From Muricomes sp. (GTDB taxonomy: Bacteria > Bacillota > Clostridia > Lachnospirales > Lachnospiraceae): a stretch of 64,000 bases of DNA. Below are positions 21,474-30,084 of this stretch, piece after piece; the stretch's first letter is position 1, and each line of letters begins with the position of its first letter. Both the position numbers and the translations under genes were made by a program. Below the pieces are notes generated by a model, which did not search any database, was not told the DNA's origin, and saw nothing but the letters and a program-made list of their open reading frames with translations. The stretch spans positions 49,589-113,588 of the forward strand of contig JASGKW010000019.1 of the NCBI GenBank assembly GCA_049840515.1. The letters run 5' to 3'.

Positions 21474-22493
21474 TTAGGACAATTCTATCATAACTTTTCC
21501 GCTTCTGCGGTATTCTGGTTTTTCCATTACATCCACAATATTGTCAAGAGGTACGATATTTGTAATAATACTCTCCACATCAATTTTACCTGACGCAAGC
21601 ACTTCTATTGCACGCTCAAAGGTATATGGATTGATAAAGGAGGAAGTAACATGCAGCTCTTTCTTGAAAATATCATCTGGCTTAAGAGGAAAATTTTCTT
21701 CCGGTGCGGCAAGACCGAAAAACATAACAGTAGCACCTTTTCCGGCAAACTTTATTGCATCCTGCTGTGTATGTATATTTCCCACACATTCAATTACCAC
21801 ATTCACATTCTTACAGTTTTCGGCGAGAAACTTTTCCACATCCTCCTCAATCGGATTTACTGTCAAATCTGCTCCCAGCTTCAAGGCAAGGGCTCTCTTT
21901 TCTTCAACAGGCTCAGAAAGAATGACTTTTGCCGCCCCGGCATTTTTTGCAAGCTGAAGCATACTGATTCCAATGGGTCCTCCTCCCATTACAAGAACTG
22001 TATCTCCTGCCTTAATATTGCACAGATCAATTCCATGAATGGCACAGGATATCGGCTCTGCCATGGCAGCTTCAAGATAGCTCAAATGGTCCGGCACTTT
22101 ATAGACCTGTTTTTCATGCATGATAACATATTCCGCAAAACCGCCGTCAACTGTAGTTCCAACCCCAATGTTATTTGTACAGAAGTGCTGCATCGCATTT
22201 TTGCAGAAGTAGCACTCTCCGCACATGTCATTTGGATCTGCTGTCACCTTATCTCCTTCTTTAAATTTTTGAACAGCGCTTCCCACCTCCGACACAGCAC
22301 CTGAAAACTCATGTCCCGGTATCAAAGGAGGCGTTACTTTGGACGATCCGCCGTCCCCGTTATAAATATGGATATCCGTTCCGCAAACCCCACAGTATTT
22401 TACTTTGATTCTGACTTCGTTGCTCTCAAGTGCCCTCTCTGGAACTTCCTCCACCCTCAAATCCTGAGGACCATGATATACTGCTGCTTTCAT
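21474..22493 (-). CDS. Zn-dependent alcohol dehydrogenase (MDR, sorbitol/threonine-DH-like)
   Basis: 339-aa ORF with CGVCGTDIH, GHEFSG, the structural-Zn Cys cluster CGECYFC and the Rossmann motif VMGGGPIG. It is a paralog of 14232-15244. Confidence 0.85.
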   Translation of the reverse strand: MKAAVYHGPQDLRVEEVPERALESNEVRIKVKYCGVCGTDIHIYNGDGGSSKVTPPLIPGHEFSGAVSEVGSAVQKFKEGDKVTADPNDMCGECYFCKNAMQHFCTNNIGVGTTVDGGFAEYVIMHEKQVYKVPDHLSYLEAAMAEPISCAIHGIDLCNIKAGDTVLVMGGGPIGISMLQLAKNAGAAKVILSEPVEEKRALALKLGADLTVNPIEEDVEKFLAENCKNVNVVIECVGNIHTQQDAIKFAGKGATVMFFGLAAPEENFPLKPDDIFKKELHVTSSFINPYTFERAIEVLASGKIDVESIITNIVPLDNIVDVMEKPEYRRSGKVMIELS

Positions 22494-22576
22494 AAATTTA
22501 TTTCCTCCATTTCTCTGATTTCCGCTACAATTAGGTTTTCTAAATAATGACTTCTCGCTTGTAGTTTTATCTCTCT

Positions 22577-22612
22577 AAATGGTATTGTATTATAATACCA
22601 TTTTATTGTCAA
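22577..22612 (-). promoter_or_regulatory. Promoter with an overlapping 10-bp inverted-repeat operator upstream of the ADH paralog
   Basis: On the minus strand: TTGACA (22607-22612), a 17-nt spacer, then TACAAT (22584-22589). The perfect inverted repeat AAATGGTATT-n7-AATACCATTT (22577-22603) covers the spacer and the -10 box. Confidence 0.4.
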
Positions 22613-22662
22613 TATTATTTTGAAACTCTTATTTTATAATATTGAATCTTCTGCTTTTCCCA

Positions 22663-22688
22663 TAAAAAACCCCGCCATAAACGCGGGG
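22663..22688 (-). terminator. Intrinsic terminator of the adenine deaminase gene
   Basis: On the minus strand: CCCCGCG-tttat-GGCGGGG followed by UUUUUU. Confidence 0.7.
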
Positions 22689-22873
22689 CTTACTGATTTG
22701 CCTTCATAATTCTCTTACAAGTAAATCGACTCCTTAATCCATGCAGGTATGTCCTTGTCACTTTCAATTTCCATACGACTCTTCCACTCGTAAAATGAGT
22801 GTTCACTACTTATGGGAACTTCCCCCGCCCCGCAGATACACTCAAATAACAAAATCTGTAAATGCAGTATTTT

Positions 22874-24568
22874 CTACGTTAGAAATTTCATATTTGTGAC
22901 ATCAAAAATTCCTGATTCTGTCAGCCTGATTTCCGGGATTACAGTGAGTGCCATGAAAGACAAAGTGATAAATGGGTCTATCCCCTCTTTCACTCCCATG
23001 TTTCTGGCTATCTGTACCATCTTACTTGTTTTCTCCTGCACGTGGGCTGCCTCATCCACGCTCATAAGTCCTCCTATCGCAAGAGGCAGCTCATCTACAA
23101 CATGATTCCCGGAAGCAATCACGTACCCACCCTGAATTTTCTTCAATTCATTGATTGCGCACAATATGTCTTCATCATTGTCACCCACCGCAATAATATT
23201 ATGAGAGTCATGAGAAACTGTTGTCGCTACCGCCCCATTTTTTATTCCATATCCTTTTATAGGACAGACACCAACTTTTCCACTCTTTCCATGCCTCTCA
23301 GCCACCACCAATTTTGCATATTCCGAATCGGGTATGAATCTTCCGCCATCTCCCGGTATTCTTTCTTCCTTATGCAAAGTCAACAATTGATTCGGTATCA
23401 GTTCCATCACATGATCGATTTCTTTCCGGACAAATTCCAGGTCTTTCAGATTCAGATTTCCTACTTTAACTGTCTGTAAAAGTGATTCATCCTTCACTTC
23501 ACAGTGAAACGCCGCAAGCCATTCTTTATCAACAATTGTCCCGCTCTTAATCACAAGACAAGGCTCAGCCCTGTTCAAATCATCTACTATAACAATATCC
23601 GCCAGATGTCCCGGAGCTATAGCCCCTGTATTATCTATGTGATAGGCTTTTGCTGTATTAAAGGATGCCATTTTGTATGCCTTTACAGCGGGAACACCTA
23701 TTGCTATCGCTTTACGGATACATGTATTGATATGCCCTTCTTTTTCAATGTCTTCCAAATGTTTGTCATCTGTACAGAACATACATTGATCCAGTGATAC
23801 TCCCGCCTCCAAAAATCCTTTCAACAGGCTCTCCAGGTTTTTTGCACCGCTCCCCTCCCGCACTAAAATCCTAAAACCGGCGCGCAGCTTTTCCAGCCCT
23901 TCCTCGGCTGTTGCACATTCATGGTCATCTACAACTCCCGCAGCACGGTACGCCTGTACATCCTTCCCCGTTATACCAGGCGCATGCCCGTCTATAATCA
24001 TATCTGAGAACAGCTCCAGTTTATCCATCGTTTCCTTCTGTTCATTCAGAACATCAATGAAACGCATCATTTCTCCCAGACCAAGAACTCTGGGATTTGA
24101 TTTATAGGACAGCATATCCTCTGCCAAAAATTTTCCTGCGCCATTTATATCAATGTCTGTTGCCGGAACGGAGGAAGGTATCATAACATACGTGTTGACA
24201 GGTATATTTTCTGATGCATCTAAAATAAAGTCCAGCCCTTTCTTCCCGCTTACATTCACAATCTCATGAGGGTCAGCAATAATACCTGTAGTGCCGGCAC
24301 ATATGATATGTTTTGCAAATTCCACCGGCGTTACCATTGATGATTCAATATGGACATGTGCATCAATAAACCCTGGGACTATATACTTTCCTGTACAGTC
24401 AATCTCTTTATCACCTTTATATTCTCCTACACCCACAATAACGTTTCCTGCAATAGCTACATCCGCGGGATATATTTCTTCCGTAAATACATTTAATACA
24501 TTACCATTTTTTAACACCAAGTCCGCAGGTATCGCCCCCCTGGCCGTTTGAATTATGCTTTTACCCAT
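22874..24568 (-). CDS. ade: Adenine deaminase
   Basis: 564-aa ORF with the amidohydrolase metal motif GFIDAHVHIESSM. Length and layout are typical of Ade. Confidence 0.88.
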   Translation of the reverse strand: MGKSIIQTARGAIPADLVLKNGNVLNVFTEEIYPADVAIAGNVIVGVGEYKGDKEIDCTGKYIVPGFIDAHVHIESSMVTPVEFAKHIICAGTTGIIADPHEIVNVSGKKGLDFILDASENIPVNTYVMIPSSVPATDIDINGAGKFLAEDMLSYKSNPRVLGLGEMMRFIDVLNEQKETMDKLELFSDMIIDGHAPGITGKDVQAYRAAGVVDDHECATAEEGLEKLRAGFRILVREGSGAKNLESLLKGFLEAGVSLDQCMFCTDDKHLEDIEKEGHINTCIRKAIAIGVPAVKAYKMASFNTAKAYHIDNTGAIAPGHLADIVIVDDLNRAEPCLVIKSGTIVDKEWLAAFHCEVKDESLLQTVKVGNLNLKDLEFVRKEIDHVMELIPNQLLTLHKEERIPGDGGRFIPDSEYAKLVVAERHGKSGKVGVCPIKGYGIKNGAVATTVSHDSHNIIAVGDNDEDILCAINELKKIQGGYVIASGNHVVDELPLAIGGLMSVDEAAHVQEKTSKMVQIARNMGVKEGIDPFITLSFMALTVIPEIRLTESGIFDVTNMKFLT

Positions 24569-24654
24569 ATACCAAACACCTCTTTCTTTTTCATTTTTTA
24601 AGTCATATGGCTTATAGTCTATAAAACACGTCCATACTCATTACAATCTGTGTG

Positions 24655-24680
24655 CAAAAAGCCCCGCCATAAAGACGGGG
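24655..24680 (-). terminator. Intrinsic terminator downstream of the serine recombinase gene
   Basis: On the minus strand: CCCCGTC-tttat-GGCGGGG followed by CUUUUU. Confidence 0.65.
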
Positions 24681-24697
24681 CCAAATGTTTAAATTAT
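24661..24697. repeat. Copy C of the 37-nt terminator-containing repeat, at the chromosome/element junction
   Basis: ccccgccataaagacggggccaaatgtttaaattata matches 21436-21472 at 35 of 37 positions. Confidence 0.8.
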
Positions 24698-24705
24698 AGA
24701 TAACT

Positions 24706-26592
24706 TCAAGAATAATATGATTCCTGCCTATTTTGCTTTGATAGCTGCCTGTGCTGCATTGCTACTGGGGAGTATTTTTCTCCTTTTATAGCATTCGCAA
24801 TATCTGCAATAAAAAGTATATTGCTATGTACCGAGGGCTTATCGCCCTCGTCAGTATTAGCTTGTTTTTGAATATATATAGTTGGATTATTCTTTCTGCC
24901 TTCCACTACCATATCAATTTCTTCAGTTTCCAAAGCACTTAGATTTACAAACCAAGCAAAATGATTATTCTCCTTTGGAACAACTCTTGCTATAAATTTA
25001 TCTATAAGGTCATTATATATTTGGGGAGCAGAAATATCAATAACTTCTTTCAATGTTGTATTAATTTTGTCCCAAGCTAATCCTTTCTCCTGCCTTGTAT
25101 TATTGGCAGTGCTCTGTTTTAGCAACTCTTCTTCATACTTACACATTTCTTCATCAAGATGCTTTCGTAGATTACGATATTCTTCGGTGGTGATATCTCC
25201 TTCTGTTCGCAAATCAATCAAATTACTGATTTTCATTTTTATTTTAGAGATTTTTCTTTGAATAAGTTCTGACTCTGCCTTTTTATCCCTACTCTCCTGA
25301 TAACATTCTTTCAGAATTGCACAAGCTTTCTGTATTGCCTCATTTTTGTTTAACCAAATCTGTTCCATCAGTTTTTTACACATAACCTCTAGTTTCCAGT
25401 CTGCCACCATCCGTACATCACAATAACCAGTATCATCTAACCCCTGTTCTCTTCTTTTTTTTGCAGAACCATTATTCAATTGATTATAACATTGATACCC
25501 ATATGACCAGTCCTTATTTTTGTTTTTATGCCAGCGGTTTTTCCTAAACGATGCCCCACAAGAACAATGGAGCTTTTTATTCCATTTATCTTTGGTTTCT
25601 TTTCTTGGTGACGTAATGCTTTCTTCTCCAAAAGGTGTTTTCTTCTTCATAGGAAGACTCAATTCTCTTCTTCGCCTTTTTCTGATTTTTTCGCACTTAT
25701 ACCAATCTTCTTCCGAAACAAGTGGTTCAAAACCAGCTTTTACATACATATAAGTATCTCTATTATGGTTATTTATTCTTTTTTGCTCAAGATAATTATT
25801 ACTAAATGACTTTCCATAAACCGCATATCCCATATAAGTTGGATTACCTAGCACTCTGCTAACATTAGAAGATGTCCATTTTACCTGACCTGATGCAGCT
25901 ACTCTTCTTCTATTACAAAGTTCATTTGCTATTTTAATTGTTCCAATTCCTTCATTTAGATACATGTCAAATATCATTCGAACTGTCTCTGCCTGTTCTT
26001 CATTTACTATATATTTTCCATCTACCCGATTATAGCCTAAAATATTACCATTTCCATAAACAACACCTTTAGTACGGCTAATGTGCTGGCCTGCCTTCAC
26101 TCGTTCTGATACTTTTCGACTCTCCTCCTGTGCTAGTGTTGCCATGATTGTCAGACGAAGCTCTCCATCATTATCCATTGTCCAAATGTTATCTTCAACA
26201 AAATACACTTCGATGCCAATACTTTTCAATTTTCTGGTTGTAACAAGTGTATCTACCGTATTTCTGGCAAATCTGCATACTTCACGAGTGACAATCAAGT
26301 CAAATTTTCCTGCTCCGGCATCTTCTAGCATCTTCAAAAATGCCGGACGTTTCTCCGCCTGTGTTCCAGTAATGCCCTCATCAATATACTTATTACACAC
26401 AACCCAGTTTGGATGGAATCTTGCCTGATCATCATACCATTGTATCTGATTCTCCAATGCTGATAATTGCGCCTCATGTTCAGTTGACACTCTACCATAA
26501 AACACAATATTTCTCTCTCTGTTTTTATCTTTAAATGTGTCAAATGGTAACTGAATATTCTTGCTAAAATCCACACTATTTTTATTCATCAC
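24706..26592 (-). CDS. Large serine recombinase (TnpX/TndX-like integrase)
   Basis: 628-aa ORF with the N-terminal resolvase catalytic domain (VFYGRVSTEHEAQ..., TREVCRFARN), a recombinase domain, a Cys-rich zinc-ribbon region (CSCG...CYNQ) and a C-terminal coiled coil. Confidence 0.9.
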   Translation of the reverse strand: MMNKNSVDFSKNIQLPFDTFKDKNRERNIVFYGRVSTEHEAQLSALENQIQWYDDQARFHPNWVVCNKYIDEGITGTQAEKRPAFLKMLEDAGAGKFDLIVTREVCRFARNTVDTLVTTRKLKSIGIEVYFVEDNIWTMDNDGELRLTIMATLAQEESRKVSERVKAGQHISRTKGVVYGNGNILGYNRVDGKYIVNEEQAETVRMIFDMYLNEGIGTIKIANELCNRRRVAASGQVKWTSSNVSRVLGNPTYMGYAVYGKSFSNNYLEQKRINNHNRDTYMYVKAGFEPLVSEEDWYKCEKIRKRRRRELSLPMKKKTPFGEESITSPRKETKDKWNKKLHCSCGASFRKNRWHKNKNKDWSYGYQCYNQLNNGSAKKRREQGLDDTGYCDVRMVADWKLEVMCKKLMEQIWLNKNEAIQKACAILKECYQESRDKKAESELIQRKISKIKMKISNLIDLRTEGDITTEEYRNLRKHLDEEMCKYEEELLKQSTANNTRQEKGLAWDKINTTLKEVIDISAPQIYNDLIDKFIARVVPKENNHFAWFVNLSALETEEIDMVVEGRKNNPTIYIQKQANTDEGDKPSVHSNILFIADIANAIKGEKYSPVAMQHRQLSKQNRQESYYS

Positions 26593-26632
26593 TTTATACC
26601 TCCTGCCGCTTATTTCTGTACTCTATCGAAAT

Positions 26633-26782
26633 TTAAGATATTTTTGAAATGTGCGAATTTCCTTTTTCATACTGCGATTTTTGATGAGTTCTTACATTAT
26701 TAAATGTGGCTTTATTTATTAATCCTTTTTTATATAAAATTTCTATTAGCATATATGCTGCATATAAATTATCAATACTCAT
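26633..26782 (-). CDS. Small hypothetical protein (49 aa) between mazF-like and recombinase genes
   Basis: This ORF falls below the track cut-off: MSIDNLYAAYMLIEILYKKGLINKATFNNVRTHQKSQYEKGNSHISKIS. The SD AGGAGA lies 5 nt before the ATG at 26782. I did not recognise a family. Confidence 0.35.
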   Translation of the reverse strand: MSIDNLYAAYMLIEILYKKGLINKATFNNVRTHQKSQYEKGNSHISKIS

Positions 26783-26821
26783 ATATTCTCCTAAAAAAAT
26801 AACGGCAGTTTCTACCTGCCG

Positions 26822-27337
26822 TTAGTCATCTATTCTTCCAATATAATAATCATACCCTTTTCGCACATTACAAAACATACAGGTATCTTTATATTGCTGT
26901 TCTGAATCTACCCTCTTAATATAGTTATTAGGTATCTCATAAAAATGTCTTGCACACACCGGACATAAGCATAATAATAAAGACGGTTCTTTAACTATTC
27001 CTGTGCTTGTACGCAATGCTACATTTATTTTTTTCATATGCACACTATCCAGCGTTCCAACATATTTTTTTAATCTCTTTTTATCAATTGTTCTTAATTG
27101 CTCAAGCAATACAACAGAGTTTTTTTCTAACCCCACAATGTCTCCTAACTTAACATGAGTAGGAAGTTTAGTCTTGGTCTTGCTTGTAATTGCTGCAACA
27201 ATAACCGTGGGACTGTACTGATTTCCCCTATTGTTTTGAATTATTAACACAGGACGATATCCCCCCTGTTCGCTCCCATAAACGGGACTTAAATCGGCAT
27301 GATAAATATCCCCTCGCCAAATTCTTTTATCTTGCAC
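26822..27337 (-). CDS. mazF: MazF/PemK (EndoA-like) endoribonuclease toxin fused to a C-terminal 4-Cys zinc-ribbon-like extension
   Basis: Residues 1 to about 115 are close to Bacillus EndoA ([63 protein letters not shown]). An extra tail of about 55 aa carries CPVC...CMFC. The start is GTG with the SD GGAGG 9 nt upstream. Confidence 0.8.
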   Translation of the reverse strand: MQDKRIWRGDIYHADLSPVYGSEQGGYRPVLIIQNNRGNQYSPTVIVAAITSKTKTKLPTHVKLGDIVGLEKNSVVLLEQLRTIDKKRLKKYVGTLDSVHMKKINVALRTSTGIVKEPSLLLCLCPVCARHFYEIPNNYIKRVDSEQQYKDTCMFCNVRKGYDYYIGRIDD

Positions 27338-27867
27338 TTTTATTAACCTCCAATTTCATTGTGAAACCTTATGCTATCCATTAAATCAACAACTAAATTA
27401 AAACTTTACTCACATATACAACATCTCAAATGTAATACCTATTTGTCCTCGACACCCCGGCTTTCATACCTGCCAATTGACAGGTAAAAGGAAGTCACCA
27501 GACGGCTGACAGCGAATCAGCTCCACGGGAATCACACCCTTCCGAGGATCTCCCGGAACTGCCCTCACTTGTTGCGACGCTTTTAACGCTCGACCTTATG
27601 ACCGGACAGGAGTATCATTATTTCTGTTGCCTGTTATCGCCTTATCGGAAGCCATCCGATATTTATGGCCAAATATATTCCGCTCCTTGAATGAACTACA
27701 TCAGCCGCAAATCTCTCTCTTTTCTCTGTGGGATTTCGCTGCTTGTGTTCCATCCAAATCATAGCGTATCTGCTAATGTGGCTTACGCTCATCACGATAA
27801 CAACAGGAATGTGCCTGGTGAATGGGTATGAAATTTTCAAGGTGCATCCCATTCTCCGTACAACAGA

Positions 27868-27900
27868 AAACAGGTGAGATTTTATTTCTCTCACCTGTTT
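27868..27900 (-). terminator. Intrinsic terminator after the sigma-factor-like gene
   Basis: Perfect 12-bp stem AAACAGGTGAGA / TCTCACCTGTTT with a 9-nt loop, followed by U-rich sequence on the minus strand. Confidence 0.65.
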
Positions 27901-27926
27901 CCTCACTAAAATGTAAAAAGTTGCCC

Positions 27927-28409
27927 CTACACTTCAAAATTTTTTAATTCTTTTTCCAATTGTTTAATAGCAGCATCAATAGAACGCTTGACTGGTACTT
28001 TCGTACATCCTTCTCTTTGAGCAATCTGCTCATATGTCATGTCTTCAAAGTAATACAGAATCAGTCTACGCCGCTGTATATCCGTTAATTTTCCAATCGC
28101 CATATGTAAACTTTCAATCAGAAACTTTTTTAATACACTTTCTTCCATATTGTGTGGTTTATGAAAAGCTCTTGTATTCAATGTAGAATCCCATATCTCT
28201 GACTGTTCAATATGTCTATCCCACACATTAAAATATGACAAATCTTCTAACTCAAATGAATTAAAAGCCTCATATAGCATTTTGTTGATTTCAAATCTAT
28301 TATATATACCTTGTCCATCTTTGAATGATATATAATAATGTCCATTCTGTTCACATATATCGTAAGGATTATACTTATCCTTTCTTCTTTTTGGATGTTT
28401 TCCCTCCAT
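27927..28409 (-). CDS. Sigma-70 region-4-type HTH protein (mobile-element sigma-factor-like regulator)
   Basis: The C-terminal part reads LTDIQRRRLILYYFEDMTYEQIAQREGCTKVPVKRSIDAAIKQL, a region 4.2 HTH. The SD GGAGGAA lies 7 nt before the ATG at 28409; the ORF is open to a TTG at 28424. Confidence 0.7.
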   Translation of the reverse strand: MEGKHPKRRKDKYNPYDICEQNGHYYISFKDGQGIYNRFEINKMLYEAFNSFELEDLSYFNVWDRHIEQSEIWDSTLNTRAFHKPHNMEESVLKKFLIESLHMAIGKLTDIQRRRLILYYFEDMTYEQIAQREGCTKVPVKRSIDAAIKQLEKELKNFEV

Positions 28410-28420
28410 ATTAAATTCCT

Positions 28421-28453
28421 CCAATTTAAATTTTTAAGAAAAATTTAAATTGG
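28421..28453. repeat. Perfect 15-bp inverted repeat with 3-nt spacer, abutting the sigma-like gene SD
   Basis: The sequence is CCAATTTAAATTTTT-aag-AAAAATTTAAATTGG. On the minus strand, the arm proximal to the gene ends in the TTGG of the TTGGAGG Shine-Dalgarno. Confidence 0.5.
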
Positions 28454-28514
28454 AGGGGAGAACGACACCCACCCCCCTTATATAATCTGCTGGTTTTTCC
28501 TATTTTGGGGCAAA

Positions 28515-28548
28515 TAAAAAAACCAGATAGTTTGTAAAACCATCTGGC
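28515..28548 (-). terminator. Intrinsic terminator (second) downstream of the kinase gene
   Basis: On the minus strand: stem CCAGAT / ATCTGG followed by UUUUUUUUAUUU. Confidence 0.55.
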
Positions 28549-28669
28549 ATTAAAGTTTAAATTATGAACTTCTATTTGATTGCACACTTTTATCTTAGTT
28601 AATTTTTATACTGCATTTAAGTTAATTGTTCTTATTAAGTAATATCCGCCAATAAATCATATATCTCAT

Positions 28670-28707
28670 AAAAAATCTTCCATTTCTATATTAAAAAGAA
28701 ATGGAAG
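28670..28707 (-). terminator. Intrinsic terminator downstream of the kinase gene
   Basis: 11-bp stem CTTCCATTTCT / AGAAATGGAAG with a 9-nt loop, followed by a U-run on the minus strand. Confidence 0.6.
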
Positions 28708-28776
28708 ACAAAGTTAAGTAAACTTATTTCAACTATAACTATTTTCTCAATTAGCAATACTGTTTATCTATAAAAT

Positions 28777-30084
28777 CTACAAATTGCTTGCTGACAAAAT
28801 AATCTTAGTCTCAAAATAATCTTGAGAATAATCATAATCCATATTTCCACAATACTTATTGGCAAGGTTTGATAAAATTTCCATTCCTATTCCTAAATGA
28901 CCCGGTTTTGTAGATTCCAAATTTCCATTCCTGCAATGTGGCACTACTCCAATTGTATTTCTCATCCCAATAACAACATATTGATTGAAACGGTGAATCC
29001 GAAGACGGATTTCTTTCTTCTCTTTATTGCAATCCCTACAAGATTCAATAGCATTATCAAATAAATTAGAAAAAAGTGATGTCACTTCGCTTTTTCCCAT
29101 AAAGTCAAACTTTATATCCTGAAAATTAAGTTCCAGGCTAATATCTTCTTGTTTACATATTTGGATTTTCTCCCAAATAATAGTGCATACAATCTCATCC
29201 TCACATTTGAATTGTTGTTGAATATCATTGATAGATTCCATTAACTCACCAATATAAGTTTTTTTAATTTCCTTTTGACTCACATCCAAATTCTCAATTA
29301 CCTGTATATGCTTTTTAAAATCATGTATCAGTTTTTGCATTTCATCATATTGAGTCTGTAAACTTTCATAATACTTTACGGTCATTTTACTCTGCTGTTC
29401 TGTTAATTCCGTTTGCTTTTCAAGTATGGCATTTTGAGAGATCATTTTAAACAAATATATTACTCCTCCGTCAACAATCACAAACCCAATTGCTAAAATG
29501 AGCAATGTAATATTACTATGTGAACTTCTATGATCTTCTATAAAATAGCAAAGAAGTCCTAATTCAAAAATTAATAAAAAAATAGTGTAAAAGTGAATAT
29601 ACCTTGATACTTTGCCAATCTGACTTCGCATAATTAATTGTATTAGTAAACTACACGTACACAACATAGCTAACGCATTACAAATCCCGGAAATCATAAA
29701 AAACTGTGAATTTTCTAGCACCACGTATAAACTTGCACGCATAAAAATCGAAAAAATTGTAGTTACAATTAGATCTACCAATGCAAAATAAATAATAACA
29801 ATTGCCGAATTAATCACCACATTTTTTCTTTTGGTTTTATATAAAATGCATGATATCAAACACAAACTCAGCATAGAATATATTACATTTACCCCTGGCC
29901 AATTAAACATAGCAATTATGGTACTTAAAATAACATATACCAAAAATCCCCCCCAATAACATAATTTATTGTTTAAATATTTCTTTTCATATAAAGAGCC
30001 CATAATTGCAAATAGAACATAACCCGAAACAATTGAAGAAATAATCAGGCTACTTAAATAAAGCATTTTTATCACACCTTTCAA
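28777..30084 (-). CDS. agrC: AgrC-type (HPK10) sensor histidine kinase, GHKL ATPase domain
   Basis: 435-aa ORF. The N-terminal half has about 6 predicted TM helices and the C-terminus has a GHKL domain (NLFDNAIES..., GHLGIGMEI). It overlaps the LytTR regulator stop by 4 nt. Confidence 0.8.
   Translation of the reverse strand: MKGVIKMLYLSSLIISSIVSGYVLFAIMGSLYEKKYLNNKLCYWGGFLVYVILSTIIAMFNWPGVNVIYSMLSLCLISCILYKTKRKNVVINSAIVIIYFALVDLIVTTIFSIFMRASLYVVLENSQFFMISGICNALAMLCTCSLLIQLIMRSQIGKVSRYIHFYTIFLLIFELGLLCYFIEDHRSSHSNITLLILAIGFVIVDGGVIYLFKMISQNAILEKQTELTEQQSKMTVKYYESLQTQYDEMQKLIHDFKKHIQVIENLDVSQKEIKKTYIGELMESINDIQQQFKCEDEIVCTIIWEKIQICKQEDISLELNFQDIKFDFMGKSEVTSLFSNLFDNAIESCRDCNKEKKEIRLRIHRFNQYVVIGMRNTIGVVPHCRNGNLESTKPGHLGIGMEILSNLANKYCGNMDYDYSQDYFETKIILSASNL

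Noticed and set aside
24569-24660. Purine riboswitch upstream of adenine deaminase.
   Set aside because: The leader is too short, and it lacks the conserved purine-riboswitch loops and the three-way junction.
27338-27867. Group II intron, tmRNA, RNase P or SRP RNA identity for the GC-rich noncoding island.
   Set aside because: I found no GUGYG 5' end, no 34-nt domain-V hairpin with an AGC triad and GNRA loop, and no tmRNA, RNase P or SRP conserved cores. Only generic stem-loops are visible.
27634-27906. 90-aa minus-strand ORF in the mazF-sigma intergenic region.
   Set aside because: Its start lies upstream of, and it reads through, the 12-bp-stem terminator of the sigma gene. It has no SD and an odd composition. 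I treated the region as noncoding (see finding).
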